Positions 17,247-27,000 are shown, numbered from the stretch's first letter. The stretch: DNA of 64,000 nt from Segeticoccus sp. (GCA_035690725.1 DASSKF010000117.1:1360-65359); one strand, 5' to 3'. Notes: generated by a model not told the origin, from the letters alone. A program made the numbers and translations.

Positions 17247-18116
17247 GTGCCGGTGGTCGACGACGTGGCGCGCCTGGTCCTGGCCGTGGCGGCGCCACTG
17301 CTGCTCTCCCCGCTCGTCGCCTGCCTGCTCCTCGATGCTCTTGCCGGAGGGCGCCACCGTCGGCAGCAGCGCACGCGGTCCCTGCTGGGGGCCGGGTCGA
17401 GCGTGGCGGCGCTGGCCCTGCTGGTCGCCGCGCTGCTGCTCGGCGGCCGGGCCCTCGCCGGCGTGGCCGGCGCCGTCGCCGCCGCCGCGGTCTGGGTCGG
17501 CGCGGTCTTCCTCACCGTGCTGGCCCACCCGTGGACCGCGGCGCGCCGCCGGGCCGACGAGCTCGCCGACGTCGTGGTCGTGCTCGGGACGAAGCTGGGC
17601 CCGGGCGGCCGCGTCCCGCCCCTGCTCGCCCACCGGCTGGAGCGGGCGGTGGCACTGTGGCGGGCCGTGGACGGGCCCGCCCGCGGGGTGCCCCTCGTTG
17701 TGACCGGCGCGGCCGTGCCCGGCTCGCACACCTCGGAGGCGGCAGCGATGGCGCGCCACCTCGTCGCGCAGGGGGTGCCCAGCGGCTGCGTCCTGGTCGA
17801 GGACCACGCCACGACCACCGAGGAGAACCTGCGGCTGGGCTCCCGGCTGGCGTCGGAGCGGGCAACGGCCTCAGGGTCCGCCGCGCCGCGGGTTGCCGTG
17901 GTGACCAACACCTTCCACACGTTCCGCACCGCGCGCACGGCGGCCCGCCTGCACCTGCGGTGCCGGGTCCGTGCGGCACCGACGCCGTGGGACCTGCTGC
18001 CGGCCGCCTCGGTCCGCGAGCTGAGCATCCTGCTGGGCGAGCGGCTGCCGGTGCACGTGCTCGTCGGTGCCGTCCTCGCCGCCCTCGCCGTGCTGGCGAC
18101 CACCTGGAGCGGGTGA
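17247..18116 (+). CDS. DUF218 (YdcF/ElyC family) membrane protein
   Basis: N-terminal TM helices, then VVVLGTKLGPGGRVPPLLAHRLERAVALW...TSEAAAMARHLVAQGVPSGCVLVEDHATTTEENL...VAVVTNTFHTFR. Confidence 0.8.
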   Translation: MPVVDDVARLVLAVAAPLLLSPLVACLLLDALAGGRHRRQQRTRSLLGAGSSVAALALLVAALLLGGRALAGVAGAVAAAAVWVGAVFLTVLAHPWTAARRRADELADVVVVLGTKLGPGGRVPPLLAHRLERAVALWRAVDGPARGVPLVVTGAAVPGSHTSEAAAMARHLVAQGVPSGCVLVEDHATTTEENLRLGSRLASERATASGSAAPRVAVVTNTFHTFRTARTAARLHLRCRVRAAPTPWDLLPAASVRELSILLGERLPVHVLVGAVLAALAVLATTWSG

Positions 18117-18198
18117 GCCAGGGGGCCCGGGTGCGTGCCCGGCATACCGGGCGGATGTGGGGCCGACGTTGCCCGGCGACGGTGCACGGGGGAGCATC

Positions 18199-20610
18199 GT
18201 GAGCATGGCGAGCAACGGGACCAGCGACCCGCAGCGTCGCGGCCCGCGCCGTCGCGGTCGATACGCCCGCCTGCGTGCCTCGATCGGCCGGCACCCGGCC
18301 GACATCATCCGCATGGCCATCGCGACGGGCATCGTCTTCGGCTGCCTCTACATCGCCCGCGCCACCGGCACCAACCCGGTCGAGGCGTCGATCTTCACCG
18401 AGCTGGAACGGATCCCGGACGCCTCCACCCGGCTGTGGACGGTGTTCACCTGGTTCGGCTACTGGCCCGGGATCGTCGTGGCCGCCGGCCTCGCCCTGTA
18501 TGCCGGGAGGCTGCGGCTGGGCAGCTCACTGGTCGCCGCGAGTGCCACCGCCTGGCTGCTGGCGGCCGTGCTGCACTGGCTCACCCCGGCGCGGCCGGTG
18601 CCCGGCGAGCTGGGCCGGGTGCTGCGCGAGCCGGCCTCGGGGGCCTTCGACTTCCCCTCGATCCACCTCGCCGTCATCACGGCCCTGGCGGCGGTCGCCG
18701 GGCCCTACCTGGGCCGCACCGCGCGGGACGTCGCGTGGGCGGTGGTCGTGCTCGTCGGCGTCGCGGACGTGTTCCTCGGCAACAACCTGCCCGTCGGCGC
18801 GCTCGGCGGGGCGGCGCTGGGCTGGGGGACGGCCGCGTTCTACCACCTGCTGCTCGGCGCTCCCGGACGCCGCGCGACCGAGCAGGCGGTCCGCCTCGCC
18901 CTCGACGCGGTCGGGCTGGAGCACGCGCGGATCCGGCCGGTGCGACGCCGGTTCCTGCGCCCGGAGGAGTACGTCATCACCAGCTGCGACGGCGAGCGCA
19001 TGCAGATGAAGGTGGTGCGCCGCATGCACCGGCTGGCCGGGCCCGGCTACAAGCTGCGCCGCGTGCTCGCCTCGGTGGAGGTGGAGAACGAGCCGGGGCT
19101 GTCGACGCCGCGGCACGAGGTGGAGCACGAGGCCTACGTGACGCTGCTCGCCGAGCGGGCCGGTGTGGGCACCCTGCCGGTGGTGTATGCCGGGGAGATC
19201 CGGCACGGCCCACCGTTCCTGATCCGCCGCCGGCTGCACGGGCGGCTGCTCTGTGACTGCCGCGGCGAGGACGTCACCGAGGAGGTCCTCGACCGGCTCT
19301 GGCAGGACGTGCTCACCCTCGGCCAGCACCACGTCGGGCACCACGACCTGCGGGCCAAGCACATCCTGCTCGACGAGGACGGGCGGCCGCGGATCACCGA
19401 CTTCACCTTCAGCCGGGTCGGCGGGCCGGCCAGCCAGCGCCAGCAGGACATCGCCGACCTGCTGGTGACGATCGTCTCCGTGGTCGGGGTGTCCCGGGCG
19501 GTGGACAGCGCCGTGCGCCGGGTGCCCCGACAGACGCTGCTCGACGCGCTCCCCCAGCTGCAGTGGCTGGCGGTGCACCGTCGGCTGCGGCGCCAGCTCG
19601 AGGACGACCGCATCGTGCTCGCGGACCTGCGGGAGAACCTCGCCGAGCGACTCGGCTGCCCTCCGCCGCCGTTCCGCTCACCGGTCCGCCCGGTCACCCT
19701 CGTGGTGATGCTGGCGGTCGGGCTCGCCGTCTACCTGCTGCTCCCGCAGCTGTCGAGCATCGACGAGGTCCTGGCGTCGCTGCGCCGGGCCGACTGGCGC
19801 TGGATCGCCGTCGCCGTGGCCACCGGACTGCTCGGGGTGCTCGTCTCGGGCGTCTCGCTGCTGGGCTCGAGCCAGCAGCACCTGCCGTTCTGGCGGACCA
19901 TGGCCGTGCAGCTCGCCGCCGCCTTCACCGGCCGCACCACGGTCGGCGGGATCGGCTTCTACGGCATCAACATCGTCTACCTCGAGCGGCTCGGCCTGCG
20001 CCGCACGCACGCGGTCGGTGTGGTCTTCCTCAACCGGGCCATCATGGGGATCGTCACCGGTGTCGCGACGGCGATCGGGATCCTGCTGATCGGCCGGGCG
20101 GTGCCGGTGGGCGACTTCGGCCTCCCGGGCTGGCCGCTCCTGCTGGTGGCGGTCCTCGTGCTGGCCGCCGTCGTGGCCGTCCTCGCCTCGCCGTGGGGGC
20201 GGCGCCGGATCTGGCAGCCGATGCGGGAGTCCGTCCGCGAGCTGATGGACGAGCTCGTGCCCACCCTGCGCAACCCGGTGCGCGCACTCCAGCTGTTCGG
20301 CGGCGCGGTGCTGTTCATCCTGTTGCAGGCGATCGGGCTGGCGGCCACCCTCGCCGCGTTCAACCCCGACTTCGACCTGGTCGCGGTGCTGGCCGTCTAC
20401 GTCGTCGGCTCCACCCTGGGCCAGCTGGCGCCCACCCCGGGCGGCCTCGGCACCGTCGAGGCCGCCACCGTGGCCGGGCTCACCGCCGTGGGAGTGGGGC
20501 CGACGGCGGCGGTCGCTGCGGTCCTCGCCTCCCGGCTGCTGACCTTCTGGCTGCCGGCCCTGCCGGGCATCGTCGCGTTCCGGATGCTGCAGCACCACGA
20601 CGTGGTGTGA
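18199..20610 (+). CDS. Tri-domain membrane protein: degenerate PAP2-like TM domain + Kdo/RIO-like kinase domain + flippase-like (LPG_synthase_TM/UPF0104) domain
   Basis: PAP2-like remnants TPARPVP, FPSIHLAV and DVFLGNNLPVGALGG. Kinase motifs MQMKVV, EHEAYV, HHDLRAKHILLDEDGRPRITDF. The C-terminal roughly 300 aa are multi-TM: LLPQLSSIDEVLASLRRADWRWIAVAV...TPGGLGTVEAA. Start GTG 18199 or ATG 18205, after GGGGGAG. Confidence 0.75.
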   Translation: MSMASNGTSDPQRRGPRRRGRYARLRASIGRHPADIIRMAIATGIVFGCLYIARATGTNPVEASIFTELERIPDASTRLWTVFTWFGYWPGIVVAAGLALYAGRLRLGSSLVAASATAWLLAAVLHWLTPARPVPGELGRVLREPASGAFDFPSIHLAVITALAAVAGPYLGRTARDVAWAVVVLVGVADVFLGNNLPVGALGGAALGWGTAAFYHLLLGAPGRRATEQAVRLALDAVGLEHARIRPVRRRFLRPEEYVITSCDGERMQMKVVRRMHRLAGPGYKLRRVLASVEVENEPGLSTPRHEVEHEAYVTLLAERAGVGTLPVVYAGEIRHGPPFLIRRRLHGRLLCDCRGEDVTEEVLDRLWQDVLTLGQHHVGHHDLRAKHILLDEDGRPRITDFTFSRVGGPASQRQQDIADLLVTIVSVVGVSRAVDSAVRRVPRQTLLDALPQLQWLAVHRRLRRQLEDDRIVLADLRENLAERLGCPPPPFRSPVRPVTLVVMLAVGLAVYLLLPQLSSIDEVLASLRRADWRWIAVAVATGLLGVLVSGVSLLGSSQQHLPFWRTMAVQLAAAFTGRTTVGGIGFYGINIVYLERLGLRRTHAVGVVFLNRAIMGIVTGVATAIGILLIGRAVPVGDFGLPGWPLLLVAVLVLAAVVAVLASPWGRRRIWQPMRESVRELMDELVPTLRNPVRALQLFGGAVLFILLQAIGLAATLAAFNPDFDLVAVLAVYVVGSTLGQLAPTPGGLGTVEAATVAGLTAVGVGPTAAVAAVLASRLLTFWLPALPGIVAFRMLQHHDVV

Positions 20611-20632
20611 CCACGCGGCGCCGCGCGCCGGC

Positions 20633-21133
20633 TCAGTGCGCGTTCCCGCCGGCGGGTGCCGCCGCCGAGGTGGTGCCGGTCGCCCGCTCCGCCGCTCCCG
20701 CGTAGGCCTCGACGAACCGGTCCAGCAGGTCCAGGAACGGCCGGCCCTCGTCACCGAGGTCGGCCAGCGCCTCGTCGTAGAGGCGCAGGACGAGCGCGGT
20801 GTCGGTGGCGAAGCGCTCCCGGCCCGCCGGCGTGGGCGCGACCAGCCGCGCGGTGCGGCCCTTCTCGGTGAACCGGTGCAGGTGGCCCGCCTGGATGGCC
20901 CCGTTGACCTGGCGGTTCACGGTGGACTGCTCCAGCCGGAGTGCGTCCGCGATCTCGCGCAGGGTCCGCGGCCGGCCGTCGGAGAACAACCAGAGCAGGC
21001 GCAGCTCCGCGGCGGCCAGCGTGGCCGATCCGGCCACCGCGTGGCGCTGCCGGTCCAGCTGGAGCAGCAGCGCGGCCAGCCGGCGGTCACGGGACAGCCG
21101 TTGCTGCCGGGGTCGACGGCTCACGTTCTCCAC
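20633..21133 (-). CDS. MarR family transcriptional regulator
   Basis: Winged HTH LRLLWLFSDGRPRTLREIADALRLEQSTVNRQVNGAIQAGHLHRFTEKGRTARLVAPTPAG. Confidence 0.85.
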   Translation of the reverse strand: MENVSRRPRQQRLSRDRRLAALLLQLDRQRHAVAGSATLAAAELRLLWLFSDGRPRTLREIADALRLEQSTVNRQVNGAIQAGHLHRFTEKGRTARLVAPTPAGRERFATDTALVLRLYDEALADLGDEGRPFLDLLDRFVEAYAGAAERATGTTSAAAPAGGNAH

Positions 21134-21164
21134 CTCCTGTCGACTTGCGGCACCAGTGTATGTG

Positions 21165-21179
21165 TATGTAACTTACATA
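21165..21179. promoter_or_regulatory. AT-rich perfect palindrome TATGTAA-C-TTACATA, candidate MarR operator
   Basis: Lies in the 69-nt divergent region between the MarR gene (-) and the MFS gene (+). Its AT-richness stands out in a GC-rich context. Confidence 0.5.
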
Positions 21180-21202
21180 TCGACTCCCCGAAAGGTGCCC
21201 CC

Positions 21203-22672
21203 GTGAACACTGCCCCCGACACCGCTGCGTCGGCAGGCCTTCCCCAGCGATCAGCCCGGTTCGTCGTGGCCGTGCTCTGCTTCGGCGGGTTGTGCGCCGC
21301 GCTCATGCAGACCCTCGTCATCCCGATCCAGGGTGAGCTGCCACGGCTGCTGCACACGTCGGTGAGCAACGCGTCCTGGGTCGTCACCGCCACCCTCCTC
21401 GGCGGCGCGGTGGCGATGCCGGTCGCCGGACGCCTCGCCGACATCGTCGGCAAGCCGCGCGTGCTCGTGGCCAGCGCGGCGATCCTCATCGTGGGGTCGG
21501 TGGTCTGCGCGCTGGCGGACACGCTCGCACCCATGCTGGTCGGCCGCACGCTGCAGGGCATCGCCATGGGCTACATCCCCGTGGCCATCTCGCTCGTGCG
21601 CGAGGTCACCCCGCCGCGGATGGCCGCCACGGCCATCGCCGCCCTGAGCGCGACCCTCGGCGTCGGCGGCGCCATCGGCCTGCCGCTGTCGGCCTGGGTC
21701 GTGCAGACGTCGGACTGGCACCTGCTGTTCTGGCTGTCCGCCGGCCTGTCCGTCCTCGTGCTCCTCGCCTCGATGCTCTTCGTCCCGTCCGTGCGCGACG
21801 CGCACCCAGCACGCTTCGACGTCGTCGGCGCGGTCGGTCTCGCCGTCGGGTTGGTGACGGCCCTGGTGGGCCTGTCCAAGGCGAGCAGCTGGGGCTGGGG
21901 TGCCGCTTCCACGTGGGGCTGCATCGGGGGCGGCCTCCTGGTGCTCGCCCTGTGGGCGAGGCACCAGTCCCGCCGGGCCGAGCCGCTCGTGGACCTGCGG
22001 GCCACCGTTCGCCGTCCGGTCCTGCTGACCAACGTCGCCGCGGTGCTGATCGGCGTCGGCATGATGGCGCAGTCCATCGTCATCCCCCAGCTGCTCGAGA
22101 TGCCGGAGGCCACCGGGTACGGGCTCGGCCAGAGCCTGCTGCAGACCGGCCTGTGGATGGCGCCCGGCGGCCTGATGATGATGCTCATGGCCCCGGTGTC
22201 GAGCCGGCTGATCACCACGCTCGGCGCCAAGGTGGCCCTCGCCATCGGCGGCGGCGTGCTCGGCGTCGGCTACCTGGTCGCGCTGTTCCTGATGGGCTCA
22301 CCGTGGGAGCTGCTCGTCGCCACCGTCGTCTGCTCGGCCGGCGTGGGGATCGGGTATGCCGCGATGCCCACCCTGATCCTGCAGAACGTCCCCCGGCACG
22401 AGTCCGGCTCCGCCGTCGGGGTCAACACCCTGGCGCGCTCGGTCGGCACGACGCTGGCCGGGGCTCTCATGGCCACGCTGCTCACCAGCCGGACGACGGT
22501 GCTGGCCCCGGGGGCGCCGGCGATCCCGACCGAGGGCGCGTTCCGCCTGTGCTTCCTCTTCGGTGCGCTCGCCGCGTTCGTCGGCGCGGCCGTCGCCCTG
22601 ACCACCTCCCGCGGCGGCCGGCAGGCGCCGGCCGAGGCGGAGCGCGAGCTGGCCACCTCCGGCGCGCGCTGA
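21203..22672 (+). CDS. MFS transporter, DHA2 (EmrB/QacA-like, 14-TMS) drug:H+ antiporter family
   Basis: Start GTG 21203 (VNTAPDTAAS). LMQTLVIPIQ, GRLADIVGKPRVL and many TM segments. The first 189 codons of track ORF 20636..22672 are antisense to the MarR gene. Confidence 0.85.
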   Translation: MNTAPDTAASAGLPQRSARFVVAVLCFGGLCAALMQTLVIPIQGELPRLLHTSVSNASWVVTATLLGGAVAMPVAGRLADIVGKPRVLVASAAILIVGSVVCALADTLAPMLVGRTLQGIAMGYIPVAISLVREVTPPRMAATAIAALSATLGVGGAIGLPLSAWVVQTSDWHLLFWLSAGLSVLVLLASMLFVPSVRDAHPARFDVVGAVGLAVGLVTALVGLSKASSWGWGAASTWGCIGGGLLVLALWARHQSRRAEPLVDLRATVRRPVLLTNVAAVLIGVGMMAQSIVIPQLLEMPEATGYGLGQSLLQTGLWMAPGGLMMMLMAPVSSRLITTLGAKVALAIGGGVLGVGYLVALFLMGSPWELLVATVVCSAGVGIGYAAMPTLILQNVPRHESGSAVGVNTLARSVGTTLAGALMATLLTSRTTVLAPGAPAIPTEGAFRLCFLFGALAAFVGAAVALTTSRGGRQAPAEAERELATSGAR

Positions 22673-22673
22673 G

Positions 22674-23090
22674 TCAGCGGACCAGCGCCTCGAGGACGGG
22701 CAGGGCCCGGCGCAGGTCGTCCCGCTCCTGGGGGGACAGCCGCCGGATCCGGGCTGCCAGGGCCTGCATCCGCGCGGCCCGCCCCGCCTCGACCACCTTG
22801 CGCCCCTCGTCGGTGGGCTCCACTCGGAAGGCGCGACGGTCCTCCGGATCCGGGTGGCGCCGCACGAGGTCCAGCTTCTCCAGCGAGGCGACGACCCGGC
22901 TCATCGAGGCGGCGCTGACCCCCTCGAGCTCAGCGAGCTCCCCCAGCCGCATCGGCTCACTGGCTGTCAGGGTCGCGAGCGCGCTGAGGGCACCGTGCCC
23001 GATCGGGGCGTTGCGCGCGTCCCGGCGCAGCGCGCGGTTGATCCGCCCCAGCGTCAGGTAGAGGCGGGTCACGTCGTCGGGCCGGGACAC
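22674..23090 (-). CDS. MarR family transcriptional regulator
   Basis: GALSALATLTASEPMRLGELAELEGVSAASMSRVVASLEKLDLVRRHPDPEDRRAFRVEPTDEG. Confidence 0.85.
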   Translation of the reverse strand: MSRPDDVTRLYLTLGRINRALRRDARNAPIGHGALSALATLTASEPMRLGELAELEGVSAASMSRVVASLEKLDLVRRHPDPEDRRAFRVEPTDEGRKVVEAGRAARMQALAARIRRLSPQERDDLRRALPVLEALVR

Positions 23091-23097
23091 GGCTGCC

Positions 23098-24480
23098 TCA
23101 GTGGGCGAAGAGGGTGAGCAGGTCGGCGCGGGTCAGGACACCGACCGGCTTGCCGCCCTCGACGACCATGACCGCGTCGTGCTTCTCCAGGGTGTCGTGG
23201 ATGCTGGCGACCGGCTCACCGGCCCCCACCATGGGGATCGGCGGGCTCATGTGCCTCTCCACCGGGTCCGCCAGGTGGGCCGCCCCGGTGAACAGGGCGT
23301 CGAGCAGGTCGCGCTCGCTGACCGAGCCGGCCACCTCTCCGGCCATCACCGGCGGCTCGGCCTTGACGACCGGCATCTGGGACACGCCGTACTCACGCAG
23401 GATCTCGATCGCGTCGCGGACCGTCTCGTTCGGGTGCGTGTGGACCAGGGCGGGCATGTCCCCGCGCTTGGCGTGCAGCACGTCACCGACGCTCCGGTCC
23501 CCGTCGCCGGCGAGGAACCCGTAGGAGGCCATCCAGGTGTCGTCGAAGATCTTGGACATGTAGCCGCGGCCGCTGTCCGGCAGGATCACCACGACGACGG
23601 CCTCGGGCGGCAGGTCCTTCGCGGCGCGCAGGGCTGCCACGACGGCCATGCCGCAGGACCCGCCGACGAGCAGGCCCTCCTCGCGGGCGAGGCGACGGGT
23701 CATCGTGAACGAGTCCATGTCGCTCACGGCGATGACCTGGTCGACCACCTTCGGGTCGTAGGCACGCGGCCACATGTCCTCACCGACGCCCTCCACGAGG
23801 TACGGCCGCCCGGTGCCACCGGAGTAGACCGAGCCCTCCGGGTCGGCGCCGACGATCTGCACGCGGCCACCCTCGCGGTCGGCGGACACCTCGCGCAGGT
23901 AGCGGCCGGTGCCGGTGATGGTGCCGCCGGTGCCGATGCCGGCGACGAAGTGGGTGACCTCGCCCTCGGTGTCCTCCCAGATCTCCGGTCCGGTGGAGTG
24001 GTAGTGGGAGTTCGGGCCCTCCGGGTTGGAGTACTGGTCCGGCTTCCAGCCACCCGGGGTCTCGGCGGCGATCCGGTCGCTGACCGAGTAGTAGGAGTCG
24101 GGGTGCTCCGGAGGGACGGAGCTCGGGGTGACCACGACCTCGGCGCCGTAGGCCTTCAGCACGTTGCGCTTGTCGTCGCTGACCTTGTCGGGGCAGACGA
24201 AGATGCACGTGTAGCCCTTGCGCTGGCCGAACAGGGCCAGCCCCACGCCGGTGTTGCCGGAGGTGGGCTCGACGATGGTGCCGCCCGGCTGCAGCGCGCC
24301 GGAGGCCTCGGCGGCCTCGACCATCCGCTCGGCGATGCGGTCCTTCACCGACCCGCCGGGGTTCACGTACTCGATCTTGGCCAGGACCGTGCACCGCACG
24401 CCGGCGTCGCGGGTGACCGAGTTGAGCTTGACCAGGGGCGTGTGACCGACGAGGTCGGCGATGTGTTCGGCGTACTTCAC
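23098..24480 (-). CDS. cbs: Cystathionine beta-synthase (PLP domain plus tandem CBS domains)
   Basis: Start GTG 24480 (VKYAEHIADLVGHTPLV). NPGGSVKDRIA (PLP lysine), TSGNTGVGLA, GIGTGGTITG. The C-terminal CBS pair includes GVSQMPVV. The remainder of track ORF 23098..26082 is read-through. Confidence 0.92.
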   Translation of the reverse strand: MKYAEHIADLVGHTPLVKLNSVTRDAGVRCTVLAKIEYVNPGGSVKDRIAERMVEAAEASGALQPGGTIVEPTSGNTGVGLALFGQRKGYTCIFVCPDKVSDDKRNVLKAYGAEVVVTPSSVPPEHPDSYYSVSDRIAAETPGGWKPDQYSNPEGPNSHYHSTGPEIWEDTEGEVTHFVAGIGTGGTITGTGRYLREVSADREGGRVQIVGADPEGSVYSGGTGRPYLVEGVGEDMWPRAYDPKVVDQVIAVSDMDSFTMTRRLAREEGLLVGGSCGMAVVAALRAAKDLPPEAVVVVILPDSGRGYMSKIFDDTWMASYGFLAGDGDRSVGDVLHAKRGDMPALVHTHPNETVRDAIEILREYGVSQMPVVKAEPPVMAGEVAGSVSERDLLDALFTGAAHLADPVERHMSPPIPMVGAGEPVASIHDTLEKHDAVMVVEGGKPVGVLTRADLLTLFAH

Positions 24481-24627
24481 CGGTCCATCCTGACAGACCC
24501 ACGCCGGGCGACGGGACGCACAGCGGCCCGGCTCGGTCAGGCACCCACCCGCGGCCGTCGGCCGACCGGGATACCGTGAGGGCACGGGCGCGTCGGGGGA
24601 CGCGCCGGATCGGACACGAGGCGAGGA

Positions 24628-25767
24628 ATGGGAAGGGCACGACGAGCGCGACGGGCCGCGGCGAAGGCGGCCTTCGGCGGAGGGATCGGCGCGGCCGGGG
24701 CGGGCGCGCTCGGGCTGCTCGGCTACGGGGTGCTGCGGGTGGAGGCCCACCTGGCCCGCCGCGTGGTGGGGACACCGTTCGCGAGCGCGCCGGACGACGA
24801 CGGCCGCTACGGCCACGGGCCCGGGCCGGCACGACAGCTCGTCGTGCTCGGTGACAGCTCCGCGGCCGGGTTGGGCGCCGACCAGCCGCACCAGACGATG
24901 GGGGCGACGATCGCGGCCGGTGTCGCCGCGCTGGGCGGCCGGCCGGTCGAGCTGACCAACGCGGCCGTGGTCGGCGCCCGCTCCCCCGACCTCGACGAGC
25001 AGGTCCGGCAGGCGCTGGAGCAGGTGGCCCGGCCCGACGTGGCCGTCATCCTCATCGGCGCCAACGACGTCACCCACCGGCTGGACCGCACCCTGGCGGT
25101 GCGTCACCTCGTCGAGGCCGTGCGGGTGCTGCGGGACGCCGGCGTGGAGGTGGTGGTGGGCACCTGCCCGGACCTGGGCACCATCAAGCCGATCGCCCAG
25201 CCGCTCCGCCTCATCGCGCAGCGGTGGAGCCGCGACCTGGCCGCCGCCCAGACCGTCGGCGTGGTCGAGGCAGGAGGACGCACCGTCTCCCTCGGCGACA
25301 TGCTCGGCCCCGAGTTCGCCGAGCGGCCCCGGGAGCTGTTCAGCGCCGACCGGTTCCACCCGTCGGCCGCCGGCTACGCCCGCGCGGCGTCCGCCATGCT
25401 GCCGTCGGTCTGCGACGCGCTCGGGCTCCCCTCGATCGACACCGGCCGGGCTCCCGACCGGCGCCGCGGCGAGCGCGTGGGGCCGGTCTCGAAGACTGCT
25501 GTGCGGGCCGTGCGCGACCCGGGCACCGAGGTCACCGCGACCGACGTCGAGGGATCGGGCCGGGGCCACCGCGGCCGGTGGGCGGTGTTGCTGCGCCGGC
25601 ACCGGGGCGAGCTGCCCGAAGAGGACGTCGAGCGCGACGCCGCAGCCCTCGCGGACGAGGCCGACCTCGTCGAGGACGAACGGCGGGCCGCGGCCATCGG
25701 CGAGCAGGCGGTGGAGGAAGCCGGGGGATCCCGGCCGGGAGACCGCGCGGGGGCCGACGCCACGTAG
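24628..25767 (+). CDS. SGNH/GDSL hydrolase family protein (Rv1075c-like)
   Basis: Block I VVLGDSSAAG, block III GANDVTH, block V DRFHPSAAGY, and an N-terminal TM/signal segment. Confidence 0.8.
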   Translation: MGRARRARRAAAKAAFGGGIGAAGAGALGLLGYGVLRVEAHLARRVVGTPFASAPDDDGRYGHGPGPARQLVVLGDSSAAGLGADQPHQTMGATIAAGVAALGGRPVELTNAAVVGARSPDLDEQVRQALEQVARPDVAVILIGANDVTHRLDRTLAVRHLVEAVRVLRDAGVEVVVGTCPDLGTIKPIAQPLRLIAQRWSRDLAAAQTVGVVEAGGRTVSLGDMLGPEFAERPRELFSADRFHPSAAGYARAASAMLPSVCDALGLPSIDTGRAPDRRRGERVGPVSKTAVRAVRDPGTEVTATDVEGSGRGHRGRWAVLLRRHRGELPEEDVERDAAALADEADLVEDERRAAAIGEQAVEEAGGSRPGDRAGADAT

Positions 25768-25776
25768 GATCGACGC

Positions 25777-27000
25777 ATGCCGGAAGCCGTCATCGTCTCC
25801 ACCGCCCGCAGCCCGATCGGCCGTGCCTTCAAGGGGTCCCTCACCGAGGTCCGCCCCGACGACCTCGCCGCCACCATCGTCCAGGCGGCCCTCGACAAGG
25901 TGCCCGGCCTCGACCCCGCGCTGATCGACGACCTCTACCTCGGCTGCGCCGAGCCGTGGGGCGAGCACGGGCAGAACATGGCCCGCGTCGTCGCGACGCT
26001 GTGCGGCCTCGACCACGTGCCGGCCTCCACCGTCAACCGCTTCTGCGCCTCCTCGGTGCAGACCACCCGGATGGCGTTCCACGCGATCCGCGCCGGCGAG
26101 GGCGACGTCTTCATCAGCGGCGGCGTCGAGTGCGTGTCCCGCTACGTCGACTTCTCCGGCGCCGGCGGGTCGAAGAAGGACTGGCAGAACCCGCGGTTCG
26201 CGGACTCCCAGGCCCGCAGCGCCGACATCGCGAAGGACAACACCACCTGGACCGACCCGCGCGAGGACGGCCTGCTGCCGGACATCTACCTCGCCATGGG
26301 CCAGACGGCGGAGAACGTCGCCACCTCCCGGGGCGTCTCCCGCCAGCGCCAGGACGAGTGGGGCGTCAGCAGCCAGAACCGTGCCGAGAAGGCCATCGCC
26401 GATGGCTTCTTCGCCCGCGAGATCACGCCGGTCACCACGCCGGACGGCACCGTCGTCTCGGCCGACGACGGTCCCCGCGCGGGGGTGACCTACGAGAAGG
26501 TCTCCACCCTGCAGCCGGTCTTCCGCGAGCAGGGCACGGTCACCGCCGGCAACTGCTGCCCGCTCAACGACGGGGCCGCCGCACTGGTGGTCATGAGCGA
26601 CACCAGGGCCAGCGAGCTCGGGCTCACCCCGATCGCCCGGGTGATCTCCACCGGCGTCTCCGCGCTCTCACCGGAGGTCATGGGGCTGGGTCCCGTGGCG
26701 GCCTCCCGCCAGGCGCTGGAGCGGGCCGGCATGACGATCGACGACATGGACCTCTACGAGATCAACGAGGCCTTCGCCGCGCAGGTGCTGCCCAGCGCCG
26801 ACGACCTCGGCATGGACGTCGACAAGCTCAACGTCCACGGCGGCGCCATCGCCCTCGGGCACCCGTTCGGCATGACCGGCGCCCGCATCACGACCACCCT
26901 GCTCAACGGACTGCAGACCCGCGACGGCGAGCTCGGGCTGGAGACGATGTGCGTCGGTGGCGGTCAGGGCATGGCCATCATCTACGAGCGCCTGAGCTGA
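25777..27000 (+). CDS. Acetyl-CoA C-acetyltransferase (thiolase)
   Basis: NRFCASSVQT (nucleophilic Cys), NEAFAAQ, GGAIALGHPFGMTGAR, CVGGGQGMA. Confidence 0.92.
   Translation: MPEAVIVSTARSPIGRAFKGSLTEVRPDDLAATIVQAALDKVPGLDPALIDDLYLGCAEPWGEHGQNMARVVATLCGLDHVPASTVNRFCASSVQTTRMAFHAIRAGEGDVFISGGVECVSRYVDFSGAGGSKKDWQNPRFADSQARSADIAKDNTTWTDPREDGLLPDIYLAMGQTAENVATSRGVSRQRQDEWGVSSQNRAEKAIADGFFAREITPVTTPDGTVVSADDGPRAGVTYEKVSTLQPVFREQGTVTAGNCCPLNDGAAALVVMSDTRASELGLTPIARVISTGVSALSPEVMGLGPVAASRQALERAGMTIDDMDLYEINEAFAAQVLPSADDLGMDVDKLNVHGGAIALGHPFGMTGARITTTLLNGLQTRDGELGLETMCVGGGQGMAIIYERLS

Noticed and set aside
18067-18198. Track start at 18067 for the tri-domain membrane protein
   Set aside because: It would overlap the DUF218 gene by 50 nt and add a Pro/Gly-rich leader. 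In-frame GTG 18199 or ATG 18205, just downstream of GGGGGAG, is a more plausible start.
24481-24627. Riboswitch (SAM or other) upstream of cbs, and upstream of metB at 3134-3196
   Set aside because: I could not recognise any conserved riboswitch core in the 147-nt cbs/SGNH divergent region, and the metB upstream gap is only 63 nt. A covariance-model scan would be needed to exclude one formally.
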